From the IMG/VR virus record IMGVR_UViG_3300025132_000006, positions 1 to 59,842 of that record: 59,842 nt of DNA; one strand, written 5' to 3'. The notes under the pieces are model-generated. The model saw only the letters and a program-made list of their open reading frames with translations, was not told where the DNA came from and made no database searches. Of the stretch, positions 22,201-30,030 are shown one piece after another. How positions within the stretch are numbered: position 1 is the first letter of the stretch; the number at the start of each line of letters is the position of its first letter. This DNA comes from a virus (lineage: Duplodnaviria; Caudoviricetes). Made by a program: the position numbers and the translations under genes.

Positions 22201-22427
22201 CAATAACATTATATAAAGCTCAAAGAACTCTTGAAACAGAAGGTAATATACCAGCTGGTGAAACATTTATGATGGTTCAAGCAAAAGAACCAAATGTGGC
22301 TTTTGGGAATATGAACCTAGAAGGAATAAAAAATAATATTAATTATAATAGAAGAACTGGGACAGAAGGTGTTTTAAAAGAAAAACCATCTCAGTACTTA
22401 GAAGATGCGATAAGGTGTTTACAATGA
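13248..22427 (+). CDS. Giant virion protein carrying a two-barrel (double-psi beta-barrel) DNA-dependent RNA polymerase
   Basis: RQP at aa 2219 (nt 19902) and DADFDLDK at aa 2256 (nt 20013) match the beta'-type R-x-P...DxDxD arrangement. Upstream VDSVTY / IKP / LKTS / FKSGAKK resemble the second-barrel motifs of crAss-type RNAPs. The N-terminal third is G/A-rich, like ejection proteins. Confidence 0.8.
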   Translation: MSDINSLLDSLQQSIDEDYRHSITPKPSTTNRSLHKSLDNLQQEELQDRTSIQNQRPTDAPKGTFGSQFIWGVAESAMVAPGLWESLGKQTGIAPNIQEGDIRKSLGGVKWDDATQLGKVGHVFGAGVGMLAPFGLAGKLVGGVLRVGGKVIQGGQALMKSTPFLARAASKELIERVGKVTGKSATTLSKENAKTIVNLAEDVISKPSVLNKIRGLKHHDEIVKGLGQIEMRNVIKNSIPDIADDAVDDISRIAIEAVSHHSVKNAHAILESAARGLMSLGGKRQTGLPTDLLAAYSYDALLGGVFGFGKYAAEQYSKQAWQDETGVLEAGKFIQDTDWWEGANHMLEEGAWLGLLGPVRYIAGGTGSPLITVPRFWNKNPGKVNKIIGGLAKNWKKIDNITPNEARATMQMMDSVSNGAIRHFIDKGKMPIVSKAMEKNPSAWWQYFTKNGDEAIGALNEIRSTFVRNAPRILAGETLKDFAYSLPRMGMGAFTMNLPVIHETWKNAKGMPTGERFKWTAENSFGETWADIGANITVAMLMTRSGRAIRRFDKPASGSAKDTGMQLGISRGEMQTHLTGADRYIKEVQAGLETMGLAPSQRHQLAMRYSQHNEFPGEYGNRLSQAITETDATFKGINEKINERSLTKEEISKLDIEKIESEGRHIDIQEAYKKAAKERNLSSEEIAQWNKDLEIAKAVERFMESELITGEITHKPMSPNEAREYVKDLANTKIDGVSLTSENVMPLLRKARNHAVAKATKESYNEIIMTYKDVAEALGLEVVYDKQRGVIYAPESLQLPMLGRVDVANQKSRDRNAMTESFNHIHKLGIQLGWIKPQKKVSSMTAENLTGEGYDKAVNIFSERLLNLHKYTYGHEHNRESLEGGHSWNDFMMTSDTWHYAYGAGKSYLQRENVKSFLRGDYKNVDSHLGGDEISKFHRELESRIGSNWVEIKDLDKVTSDKNEQNDIRAFITNLNKIYRLGTPSERIESKTKEIEGVAASELKQKTEELFGNAFSDKDVLGRLESEILQEAVERIDLKNTDRTYTKSTVSLLTNPEFAGGTINSLRSIKDIHAFLDSMAKNGKPTEEVDMLKQFYENLHRAIEKSESGVIKFNKETLPVDGLENNLYQALREAEHYSRQSSLDALIYGSQEISNSLNKLVFDTTKEIATIVNTDTNMPEQNRKELFDTLFKTQRLGQSLIDQISIAKREGNLVALNSLNKRKVDLDKSLTELTSNIQSKTAHESYQQVLADMARVQGEINSKPLNHSEIETIFNERLQYEMKSSKAPSIEPPNTISLNQFESKYFVKMSDYILMERALNEPIQTGNSAIDLLITAKRNIKVNLGTESESMVADAMRILDKGIENLKNLQGKKVLEPKEMVDYIRKPMMEYIKTQLFSAQKLGILDNEAFAKRLLEVDSDLNQIMTQAFSTKQLRSLEFHKGGFLLTKETVPNTDKTGFLAVEKQLGIEGRMFLLKNSGVDAEGNRFQRVNKEMRENIELALSSDVGATVVNRDAEADFYRTQDPKIIEKDADLVSNKRKLQLITIDEGVNLLVENSPEVIANINANYTWDASSKGKNSEIMQTLDRILVDGNNADNLALTEKFRNPNMKGEDIASAILLTRAISDSKSLVSDFLKNTANDKLLKAEWKRLKMFEHRSGFTGTKDNVKFVYELLRETVREGMFKHQHKLSLEKLEQVFGKNGETPLDLVVINDETGPVEVNGKMNYNPFDYKQGVAARLKKQLQEQLDLKSITQEQLNETMDKLAKDKSEVDSVTYLNKDTFQALMTFLGVKDQMIEYRPDGSAIIRAGAIKPVITHSEISKDGSLLEFILKTSFQYSPTVEGIMPKNVNGIAFKSGAKKFKTRQGKGEMVDSYMAPDRVPGDILKNASLDRKLDMTFENVDISNSVASIPLSSINLKQASSEHTGLVAANTGVHFNRRGMEGMRKWTGIDRKMSDFGRTQQEVWLNPYKRTAVAKELFGYSQETGDPFMLNTGLDFILENRGVLVQDWIQPVIERSLISHHLSGGNITARKIYESETAVMTPDSGGLQLPFRTKLNGTRAVQRIFGGSRISTFLGNKLVKFDGEVNRHNDQASDTAANIVKFSDGLEGILVHGLNNKSKASKEATLYVDGYMVTPEGKIYDLSTGMNKEVTLPEAQRVEYINKQKEANELGNLLKEKLNLKENGTATMSQAMGEAESVRNSLKKGDNRGIWMASISVRQPRNQAGDMIVEKLEGFTRGQGNVKETNSIDAIQTADADFDLDKITTYTASNKEVWGEVARLAGHTTFNSDADIQNYIEREFSSFDSFRDHNNNIQETAFVRSRFVKLHQTMTYLKNMLGGNSIANFRYGKELYSIKLKQETSEFLNTEAILSQMAKMYIDVYNNTPRINSNFVNHAMRKLFFGENGMFQVKVIDKGKELDSDLQLWHKDGTNNPYGDINTNFIDVIQAIEGRFISPLGQYLQYNRGVTQLDSNFQRSSSIQDFSGAYERTLYSFNDRVKWNGTESKTDILDLTPGLKAAQAYFRDSSNPYDIGMREMNNLNAKKHKEINIFEGDMGKLVTAIEEGVIDTGDYQQQYRNAVNNAYDKFIKNQFNMAEVTALLRRQYGVESQMNSLEMRFSRMNIKETPEYMALAKKQERLSEAVEGLRQVMGAGRDFEIAKGNEFFDEIRLKKNFKEKEYVNTSKAPIVVRSGDGSMKEIIRGGERNQQRIGKKDRVFKHGRRWEFASETQIGADINNIAFGMLPSYNRGGDTSIMSEGQFKKYQDWRTRLEINLREIENSLTDKRGRQVTMLTSQENSMITAQKMRELNNFIQEFNFNDGTNILDKWAIVHALMQPKVDKNVMLAKPVTDGKGVKGMSFGNKVYMHNYGRTEKLLWDYLNEVRSTHHENFKDSGISSVEAAEFMRAIIQNQKQALLIHERPYGDIRMNVDGFWTEPSRITESNHFKQTNLHAEVHELARSANEQVKMAANTLIRYSRGEGGLVDPITLYKAQRTLETEGNIPAGETFMMVQAKEPNVAFGNMNLEGIKNNINYNRRTGTEGVLKEKPSQYLEDAIRCLQ

Positions 22428-25400
22428 GTTGGATTACTTGTAATAAATTATTTAGACGTAAAGGCGGTATGTCTGATTCTAAAAGAAAAAAATTATCTGA
22501 TAGATTGCGTTCAGCAGTTGCGTCATATGAAAGCAATCCAATGTTTATAAAAACTAAGTATGCTAATGATACTGAAACTATGTTGTGGCTTTGGAATAAA
22601 TTTACAAAGAAAGAGTTGGATTTTGATTTTAATCCTATAAAAATGTCTGATGTTAGAAAATTTGAACATGGTATAAAATGGTTTGAAAAAAATCTAACAA
22701 ACAAAGCTAATGGTAAAGGTAAATTTTTTGATATGTTTAAAGTAGGAGATGCTTTAACAAGAAAATTTCCAGAGCTTCAAGCATTTCAAGAAAATCTTTC
22801 TCAAGAGACAGGTCATTATCGTAATGTTACTATTAAAGGCAGTCAACTATCTGACGAAATTGTAAAAGGATGGGTTCACCTTGCTAAACAAAAAGGTGGT
22901 GATGTGAAAAAATTAAGATTATTAGAAGGTAATCTTGAAAAAGAATTATCAAAGCCTAAAAATCTACAAGACAAAACATATATAAATACAACAGAAAAAG
23001 AAATACAAAAATTTCTAAATGAAGAAAGTTCTAGTAGAATTTTTAGAGATTTTAATTTAGTTATGAATGGCTTAGATGTAGAACAACTAAATGTTGGAGG
23101 TGGAGACCGATATGTACACGATGGTAAAGAATATAATAAAGAGCGTTATAACTCAGAAGATATGAAAGTATGGAGAACTATTGATTCCAATATGAAAGAA
23201 ATGAGAACTATGGGTGTCAAAGTTCTAGGGCAATCAATTAATAAAGTTTTAGCAACTGCTAAAATACTTGATAAGAGAGAACAAGGTACAAGGAATTTAG
23301 AAGCTACTGTTAGAAATGCAGTAGATATGATAAAAAGATTAGAGTTCCAATCTGAAGTTGATGCAGGTCCTGGATTAACATCTAAAGAAATGAAATGGTT
23401 TGATGAGTTAAGTGCCTTTGGTTTTAGGAAAGGTGAAGATGCAGCTATATTAAAAAAATATATGCCATTATATGTAATAGGTGCTACTAAGTTATTAAGA
23501 CAAATGTCATTAGAAATGAGAAAGAATACTATTGACAATTCTTCTTTAGACCAAGTATTAAAAGACCAAATTGATGGATTTAGAAGAACTAGTACTAGGA
23601 TTTTAGAAAGAGGTAATATACAAGATGGTAGATATACTATAGACCCAGCTTATTTCTTAAAAAAATATGTTCATGATGTTTCTACATTTAATTTTACAAC
23701 ACACTTAGAAAATAGTTATTGGAAGCACGCAGAAAAACTACTTGATATGCATGCCAAAGCTAAACATGACAACGATAAAGAAGTTATGAATTTAGCTGAA
23801 AGTCTTATTAAACAAATGAATGAGATGAAAGATGTTGTTACTAGCGTAGACCCAAATAACGATACTATGATTAATGATTTAAGTAGATTAATGACATCCG
23901 TTACATATTTAAGACTTATGGGTGGAAACTTAAGGTCTGCTCTTAGAAACGGTACTCAGAGAATATATGAGGTAATGGAGTTTGGAGTTGGTGCTTCATG
24001 GAATGCTAGACAATGGAGAAAAAAAGCTGAAAACCAAGAATTAGTAAATAAACAAGCAAAAAGATTTGGATTAAGTTGGTATGTCAATGAAGGGGCTGGA
24101 TTACTTGGAAGAAGTCGTGATTTACCAATAGAACAAGCAACAAGAGGTGCTATAGCTGAATCTAATAGAGTTCCAGAAGGAATGAAAATAAACGAATTAG
24201 GTGAGATGGTAAAGTCCGATTCAGCAGTTAGGGGTATAACTAAAGGAACTGCAGATGTCGCTTCTTGGGTAGCAGGTAAATTAGGTAAAGCTCATACTAT
24301 AGTAGAGGATTGGAATAGAGCTGGGACATTTGGGACTGCATTCGCATTGCAATATCAAAAAATGCAAGTAGCTCCTAAACCTTGGTTAATGAAAAAGATG
24401 GGTTGGAGAAAGGGTCAAAAGACTCCAAGTGATGATGCAATAGAAAGATTTAGACAAAATAAAGCTGGTAGAATGGCTTATAATTTAACAACAGACTTAC
24501 ATTTTGAATACTCTAAGTGGGCTAAATCAAAAGCATTTGGAGGAGCAAGTGGAATGGCAGGAGCTGCTGGTCAAATAGGTGGACAGTTTATGCATTATAG
24601 ATTATCAATGTTTAATATGATGCAAAGATGGGTAAAAGAAGGTTTACTATCTATGAAGACGGGAGATTTTACAAGTGAAGAAGTTTGGAAACTTGCAAGA
24701 GCTGGAATGATTTTCTATTTAATTGAAGGAATGAGTATGGCTTCAAATATGAATTTAAGTCAATTAGCTCAAAACGATGTTGTAGATACTTTAGAAAAAA
24801 CATGGAATTTCTTTGCATTAGATAGAGATAATCCTGCAGAGAAAAAAGAACTAGACAAAGAGCTGTATGGTCAAGGTGCTTGGTCTTTTGCAGGTCCTAA
24901 TATATTATACGCAGCTAATATTGGCGAAGCAGCTGGTTTTTGGCATTTAGGTGAAAATAGTTATTTTAAGAGTCAAAACATAGTTGAGGGGAATGAAAAT
25001 TTTACTCGACAACAAAAATGGAAATCTAGAGCATTAATCAATAGCCAGCTTGCAAGATTTACTAGTTATACAATGCCACTTCTTGTTAAGAGGGGATTTT
25101 GGGACGCTGCTAGATTTGAACTTGGTCTTATGCCTGATAAAAAATGGAAAAATATGAGGGGTTGGATTGGTCATAATTTTAAAAAAGAAATTCCTTATAA
25201 ATTGAGAAAACAAGTTGCATTAACTGGTATAAGAAAAGATATTCAACGAGGGTTTAAGGATAGAAGTGTTCTTGATACTAGAGATATGTTAACTGATTTA
25301 GATGTTCTACAAGGGAGAATAACTCCATCACAATCTCTGAATCGTAGAAAACGGAGGACTACGAGAGGTGGATATAAAAATCAGAAAAATGTGATGGAGG

Positions 25401-25429
25401 CATTAACATTTATGGAATCTCTTCCTTAG
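22424..25429 (+). CDS. Large internal virion (ejection) protein
   Basis: Likely ATG at 22424 (ATGA overlap with the RNAP stop); helical with G/A-rich and hydrophobic C-terminal segments; last late-arm gene. Confidence 0.6.
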   Translation: MSWITCNKLFRRKGGMSDSKRKKLSDRLRSAVASYESNPMFIKTKYANDTETMLWLWNKFTKKELDFDFNPIKMSDVRKFEHGIKWFEKNLTNKANGKGKFFDMFKVGDALTRKFPELQAFQENLSQETGHYRNVTIKGSQLSDEIVKGWVHLAKQKGGDVKKLRLLEGNLEKELSKPKNLQDKTYINTTEKEIQKFLNEESSSRIFRDFNLVMNGLDVEQLNVGGGDRYVHDGKEYNKERYNSEDMKVWRTIDSNMKEMRTMGVKVLGQSINKVLATAKILDKREQGTRNLEATVRNAVDMIKRLEFQSEVDAGPGLTSKEMKWFDELSAFGFRKGEDAAILKKYMPLYVIGATKLLRQMSLEMRKNTIDNSSLDQVLKDQIDGFRRTSTRILERGNIQDGRYTIDPAYFLKKYVHDVSTFNFTTHLENSYWKHAEKLLDMHAKAKHDNDKEVMNLAESLIKQMNEMKDVVTSVDPNNDTMINDLSRLMTSVTYLRLMGGNLRSALRNGTQRIYEVMEFGVGASWNARQWRKKAENQELVNKQAKRFGLSWYVNEGAGLLGRSRDLPIEQATRGAIAESNRVPEGMKINELGEMVKSDSAVRGITKGTADVASWVAGKLGKAHTIVEDWNRAGTFGTAFALQYQKMQVAPKPWLMKKMGWRKGQKTPSDDAIERFRQNKAGRMAYNLTTDLHFEYSKWAKSKAFGGASGMAGAAGQIGGQFMHYRLSMFNMMQRWVKEGLLSMKTGDFTSEEVWKLARAGMIFYLIEGMSMASNMNLSQLAQNDVVDTLEKTWNFFALDRDNPAEKKELDKELYGQGAWSFAGPNILYAANIGEAAGFWHLGENSYFKSQNIVEGNENFTRQQKWKSRALINSQLARFTSYTMPLLVKRGFWDAARFELGLMPDKKWKNMRGWIGHNFKKEIPYKLRKQVALTGIRKDIQRGFKDRSVLDTRDMLTDLDVLQGRITPSQSLNRRKRRTTRGGYKNQKNVMEALTFMESLP

Positions 25430-25602
25430 TCTTTTTTTGTTTCTCTGTTACATAATGTAATAACATATTGAGCTTGTTTTGTAGTCTCAAATATAATATC
25501 TTTGTAATCAACAGCTGATTCTATTGAATTGATATAATTGTTTGCATTATTTAATAATTTTTTTCTATCGTAATCTGATACTTTGTAGTGTAATTTAACC
25601 AT
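25426..25602 (-). CDS. Hypothetical protein, 58 aa (not in ORF track)
   Basis: AGGAG RBS; MVKLHYKVSDYDRKKLLNNANNY...; stop overlaps the stop of the converging late gene. Confidence 0.6.
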   Translation of the reverse strand: MVKLHYKVSDYDRKKLLNNANNYINSIESAVDYKDIIFETTKQAQYVITLCNRETKKD

Positions 25603-26056
25603 TATCTTTCTCCTTTAAATATCTAGCAATTAAAATAGCATCTGCTGTTGCTAGAGTTACGTTAACCATATAATTACTGGCAATTTCCTTTAACTTTCTT
25701 TTCTTTTTAACGTATTCTTTTGGTATATCATGCTCTTCTTTGTATAAAGTTTGCCACTCTTGAGGTCTAATAAATTGAGGTTCTATATTTAAACAACCTA
25801 ATATTCCTTGCCACATACCATAATTTGTACCAAATGTAAATGCACTTACTTTCCCATCTGTTGGGAATACATTGACCTTTTCAATACAAACTAAAGAATT
25901 GTAGTTTAGTTTACTACACTTGTTTAAGTATTCTCTTATTATATCAGACATTTCTTTTGCAGTTTTTGGACACTTGTATGATTCTATATTGTTTGGATAT
26001 ATTATAGCTACTGCACCATTTTTTCCAGGGTCAATCCCTAAGTATGCTGTTTTCAT
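25595..26056 (-). CDS. RuvC-like Holliday junction resolvase
   Basis: YLGIDPGKNGA, CIEKV, FGTNYG, P..WQ and ADAILIA motifs. Confidence 0.85.
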   Translation of the reverse strand: MKTAYLGIDPGKNGAVAIIYPNNIESYKCPKTAKEMSDIIREYLNKCSKLNYNSLVCIEKVNVFPTDGKVSAFTFGTNYGMWQGILGCLNIEPQFIRPQEWQTLYKEEHDIPKEYVKKKRKLKEIASNYMVNVTLATADAILIARYLKEKDNG

Positions 26057-26250
26057 ATTATTTCTCCATCAAATTTATCAATTATCATTTTTATTATACC
26101 ACTAGGCTCTATATTGTTTTTTCTTTTGTATAATTTACAACCTTTATCAATAATGTTTTTTGGAATTATTTTCTTAGGTTGAAACCACGAACAGCTACTA
26201 CGACCATCATATAAAAGACAACCGTAGCAACTTTGTGGCTTGTTTTTCAT
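26053..26250 (-). CDS. Small Cys-rich hypothetical protein
   Basis: CYGC...C...C; overlaps both neighbours. Confidence 0.55.
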   Translation of the reverse strand: MKNKPQSCYGCLLYDGRSSCSWFQPKKIIPKNIIDKGCKLYKRKNNIEPSGIIKMIIDKFDGEII

Positions 26251-27575
26251 TAAGCTAAGTTTAAAGCCTCTGATTCAGAAATGTAAAACTTACATTTGTT
26301 ACCATTGAAACCAACTGTACCTTCTCCTGTTAATCCATACCTTGCTTTAGCAGATATAATATTAACTGAATGAGGACTAAACTTTTCATCATCATACTGA
26401 TATGGATAATAAACAAATAAAGCAGCTTCTGCAGTTTGTTCTATTACACCACTTTCAGCGAAATCAGACAATTTAGGTTTAGGGTCAAATCTACGTTCAA
26501 TTTCTCTATTAAGTTGAGAAACTAAAATAGCTGAACAATTTTCTTTTTTACATATCCATTTATAATCATTCATAATTACCTCTAATTGAAATCTTCTATC
26601 TAACGATGAAGGCATTTGTATTAGTTGTATATAATCATCAATAATTACATCAGGTTTGAACTTTGTAACTTCACCCATAGCTTCATCAAGACTCCTAAGA
26701 TTATCAAACATCTTAAGCTTCTTATACTTTTTTGCTATGTCTTCAATTATCCCATTTTGTAGTATATCTTTGTGTGCTTCTTCTACTTGATTTTCTCTTA
26801 AGTCATTATATGTCATATTAGATTCTAATACTAGTAGCTTTCTCATCATTTCTGTATTATTCATTTCTCTATTGAGTAGTAGAACTTTCCTACCATCTTC
26901 AATAAGTTTCTGAACAATGTTTACAATGAGAGTAGTTTTACCATGTCCTGGTCTACCACCTACAACAGTAACTTCACCTCTTGTCATTCCGCCTGCAAAT
27001 TCATCAAGTGGAGGAAAATTATAACTAATCATCGAATTACCTTTGACAATCTTATCTACTGTTTGCTCTGCAATGGAGGTTATGTCCGTTGTTTTTGAGG
27101 GCATTAAAGCTCTTAAGGTATCTACACTTCTGCCATGTTCTTCTAATATCTGTCTAGTCTTATCAATAGGTAGATAACTTGAGTTTAATAGCTTATTAGC
27201 TGTTCTAATTACTTCTCTTTGTACATGTTTCTCCCAAACTATTTTAGCATGAGAACCTATAAATGAAGCACCTATAGATTTTTCGGTTAATCCCGTTAGC
27301 CAAAAGCTTGTTATTGTATTATTTTTCTTTTTACACTCGTCTCTAATATTTATTATGTGGTATTCTATTTCTTCTCTTCTTAGTCTTTTAAGAGCCTGCC
27401 ATAGATGCTTACACTCATGACTATAGAAAGCATCATCATCTTGAATGATTTTCTCTGCATCATCTAGTGCTTTAAATCCATTAGCCATTACTTCTGCTAA
27501 TAAATTTTCTTCAGCATCTATATCTGACGGAGGCAGCTTTATATCATCTATTGGTTTCATTTTATACTCCATCAA
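26250..27575 (-). CDS. dnaB: DnaB-like replicative helicase
   Basis: PP.D..AE N-terminus; Walker A GGRPGHGKT; IIDDYIQL; LVSQLNREIERR...PKLSDFAESGVIEQTA; KARYG. Confidence 0.95.
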   Translation of the reverse strand: MMEYKMKPIDDIKLPPSDIDAEENLLAEVMANGFKALDDAEKIIQDDDAFYSHECKHLWQALKRLRREEIEYHIINIRDECKKKNNTITSFWLTGLTEKSIGASFIGSHAKIVWEKHVQREVIRTANKLLNSSYLPIDKTRQILEEHGRSVDTLRALMPSKTTDITSIAEQTVDKIVKGNSMISYNFPPLDEFAGGMTRGEVTVVGGRPGHGKTTLIVNIVQKLIEDGRKVLLLNREMNNTEMMRKLLVLESNMTYNDLRENQVEEAHKDILQNGIIEDIAKKYKKLKMFDNLRSLDEAMGEVTKFKPDVIIDDYIQLIQMPSSLDRRFQLEVIMNDYKWICKKENCSAILVSQLNREIERRFDPKPKLSDFAESGVIEQTAEAALFVYYPYQYDDEKFSPHSVNIISAKARYGLTGEGTVGFNGNKCKFYISESEALNLA

Positions 27576-28404
27576 ATATTGTTTGTTGTACTGCTGGTGG
27601 TTCGTAATTAGTAATGACTATTTCATTCTTATAATCACGCTTTGTTGTTTGTCCTGAGTAGATAACCGGTATTTTTTCTATATTATAGTTTTTGTATAGT
27701 TCGTGTACTTTTGGGTTATCATCGTAACTCACCATAAACCTTCCACCGAAAGCATTTATTTTATCACAAATATCAAATAAATCCAAATGGTCTTGATGTG
27801 TAAATGTATGTATATAATAGTCTTTACGTTTGGATGCCACGAAATATGGAGGGTCTAAATACCATAAGTCATTTTTATTTGGTTGATACTTATCAATCAG
27901 TACTCTGAAATCTAAGTTTTCAACTGTAACATTATTAAGGTATTGCCTAGATACTTCAAGGTCTTTAATAAATGTGTCTGTATTCCAGTCTTTAGAGTTT
28001 TTAGAAAATGTGCCTTGAGGATTATTGTTAAAGGAACACTTTACTAGGTAATAATATCTAGCAGCTCTTTTAGGGTCTGGGATTTCTGTTTCTTTTGTAT
28101 TGTATATGTAGTCTTTATATATTTTATGTTGTGTTCTGCTTTTTATATACCAACCTATATGTTCGCAAAATGAATCAAATTCTTCTGCTAATGTAGCATA
28201 TAGATTAACTAGGTTATTATCTTTGTCATTAACAATATTTTCTTCAACTTTTCTTTTTCTGAAGAACATCGATAATCCACCAGCAAACACTTCTATATAT
28301 CTTTTGTGTTTTGGTAGTTTTGGTATTAATTGTCTACTTAACTGGAATTTCCCGCCATAATAAGGTATTACGACGGGACAATCCTTCCATTGATGGTCTG
28401 ACAT
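27562..28404 (-). CDS. D12-class N6-adenine DNA methyltransferase (Dam family; target unknown)
   Basis: PYYGGK, YIEVFAGG, VND and YLDPPY motifs. Confidence 0.92.
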   Translation of the reverse strand: MSDHQWKDCPVVIPYYGGKFQLSRQLIPKLPKHKRYIEVFAGGLSMFFRKRKVEENIVNDKDNNLVNLYATLAEEFDSFCEHIGWYIKSRTQHKIYKDYIYNTKETEIPDPKRAARYYYLVKCSFNNNPQGTFSKNSKDWNTDTFIKDLEVSRQYLNNVTVENLDFRVLIDKYQPNKNDLWYLDPPYFVASKRKDYYIHTFTHQDHLDLFDICDKINAFGGRFMVSYDDNPKVHELYKNYNIEKIPVIYSGQTTKRDYKNEIVITNYEPPAVQQTIFDGV

Positions 28405-29171
28405 TAAGCTTTTGCTACCATTTTAGCCCACTTATCTATAGTAGGATAAATTTGTTTTTCAAACTTATGTGTCGTATTCCAATTTCTGTTCATATGATGT
28501 GTATTAACCCATGTAGCAGCGTTAAACAAGTCCCAATATGTTTCGGGTTTCTCTGCAATTAAATGCTGAACAAACGGTTCCATAACATGATTTGGTACTA
28601 AGTCTATCATCTTCTTTATATGAGATTGTCTTACTTTTGTATCTTTTAATCGTGGAAAATCAGAATTAAATACTTCTTTTGTAGATTCAATTGTACTAAT
28701 GATTTGTTCTTCTATCTCATTTAATCTAGGATTATGTATACTATGTTTATTTCTTTTCTTATTAAGAATGATTCCTATTACCATACCATTAAGACATATT
28801 AATCTAAATGCACCTGACATTATTCCTAACTCCCAACTACCATCGTAGGAATTTTTAATAATTATTTCAGGCGTACAAATATCATCTTTACTAATAGGTA
28901 TTTTTAAATCAGGTAAATTAAACTTATAAACAGTTCTTTTACCATCACTAAGAATCTTAGCCTCTCTAGGTTTAGCACCAACTTTATCTAATATAGGTAA
29001 AGCAGTGTCCATAATATCTTTATTTGTAACTAACTTGTATTCATCTGTCATGCAACTTAGTATTTCACCAGTGTCTTCTCTCATTATAAACTTATGTCCT
29101 GTTTTTGTAATAATATCTGCTCCAAGTTGAGCTGGTACTTCTCTTACTGGAAATAATGTTTCATTTATCAT
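28404..29171 (-). CDS. DUF932-family protein
   Basis: Y.LV.N and NSYDGS...GAFRLICLNGM motifs. Confidence 0.85.
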   Translation of the reverse strand: MINETLFPVREVPAQLGADIITKTGHKFIMREDTGEILSCMTDEYKLVTNKDIMDTALPILDKVGAKPREAKILSDGKRTVYKFNLPDLKIPISKDDICTPEIIIKNSYDGSWELGIMSGAFRLICLNGMVIGIILNKKRNKHSIHNPRLNEIEEQIISTIESTKEVFNSDFPRLKDTKVRQSHIKKMIDLVPNHVMEPFVQHLIAEKPETYWDLFNAATWVNTHHMNRNWNTTHKFEKQIYPTIDKWAKMVAKA

Positions 29172-29556
29172 ATCCTAACTCCTTTTTTTTATTTTTTATA
29201 CTTTTAGGTGATTTACCTAACATTTTTAATTCTGCATCTCTTTTTAACTTTAATTCTTCAGCCCCATTTTGTATCATAGCTCTGAGATAAGCATATCCCT
29301 TACCTTTTTTAAATTCTTGTTTAAGCATATAAGCTTTAACAGAATGTTCAACAAATTCATCTTCATATTTTTGTATACCATATAAGAATGCATATTCTTT
29401 ATAACTTTTCTTTTCTGTTGTTATTGTATTCTTTATATTCTTAATTGCCGTATTAAGCAGTTTTCTTGTTTTATCACTTCTTTGAAATTTCAATCTTGTT
29501 ATCTCTGTAGTACCTACTTTTGTATATTCATAACCACAAGCAATACATTTACTCAT
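29161..29556 (-). CDS. Hypothetical protein (possible replication initiator/loader)
   Basis: N-terminal CxxCG; YAYLRAMIQN resembles DnaD-type helical motifs. Function is weakly supported. Confidence 0.45.
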   Translation of the reverse strand: MSKCIACGYEYTKVGTTEITRLKFQRSDKTRKLLNTAIKNIKNTITTEKKSYKEYAFLYGIQKYEDEFVEHSVKAYMLKQEFKKGKGYAYLRAMIQNGAEELKLKRDAELKMLGKSPKSIKNKKKELGYDK

Positions 29557-29744
29557 TCTTCTTCATCCAATTGCATTTCATCATGTATTTCATTGAGTTT
29601 AGCATAAGCAGGGTCATTACTTCTTTGTCTCATTTCTTCGTGAGCAACCATAAATCCTATAGCCATATTTTTATTACCTACAAAATCTATTAAAGATTCT
29701 AAATCTCCATTTTCACAAAGTTGAGATATTTTATTCATCATCAT
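29553..29744 (-). CDS. Hypothetical protein
   Basis: Overlapping ORF in the operon. Confidence 0.55.
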   Translation of the reverse strand: MMMNKISQLCENGDLESLIDFVGNKNMAIGFMVAHEEMRQRSNDPAYAKLNEIHDEMQLDEEE

Positions 29745-30030
29745 ATATTTCCTTTACTTCTGTTGTAGCTCCTATTATATGTTTACCTAAATAGTAATTT
29801 CTATCTTCTGTTGGAATATTAGGAACTTCTGTTATTATTACTTTAGCATTAGTTTCACATTCTATTAATATACCTTTCATTAGATTAGGTGTTATAAAAT
29901 ATGAACCTATTGGAATATCTTTTAAGAATTTATATCCTTTAGCTGGTTTTATTTTAAAATTGTCTTTTAATGCTTTATTCGCAAGTTTGGCAATTTTCCG
30001 GTGCTTGATAGCTAGTGGGTTTCTCTTCAT
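29731..30030 (-). CDS. Hypothetical protein
   Basis: GAGGAAGG RBS; in the operon. Confidence 0.6.
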   Translation of the reverse strand: MKRNPLAIKHRKIAKLANKALKDNFKIKPAKGYKFLKDIPIGSYFITPNLMKGILIECETNAKVIITEVPNIPTEDRNYYLGKHIIGATTEVKEIYDDE

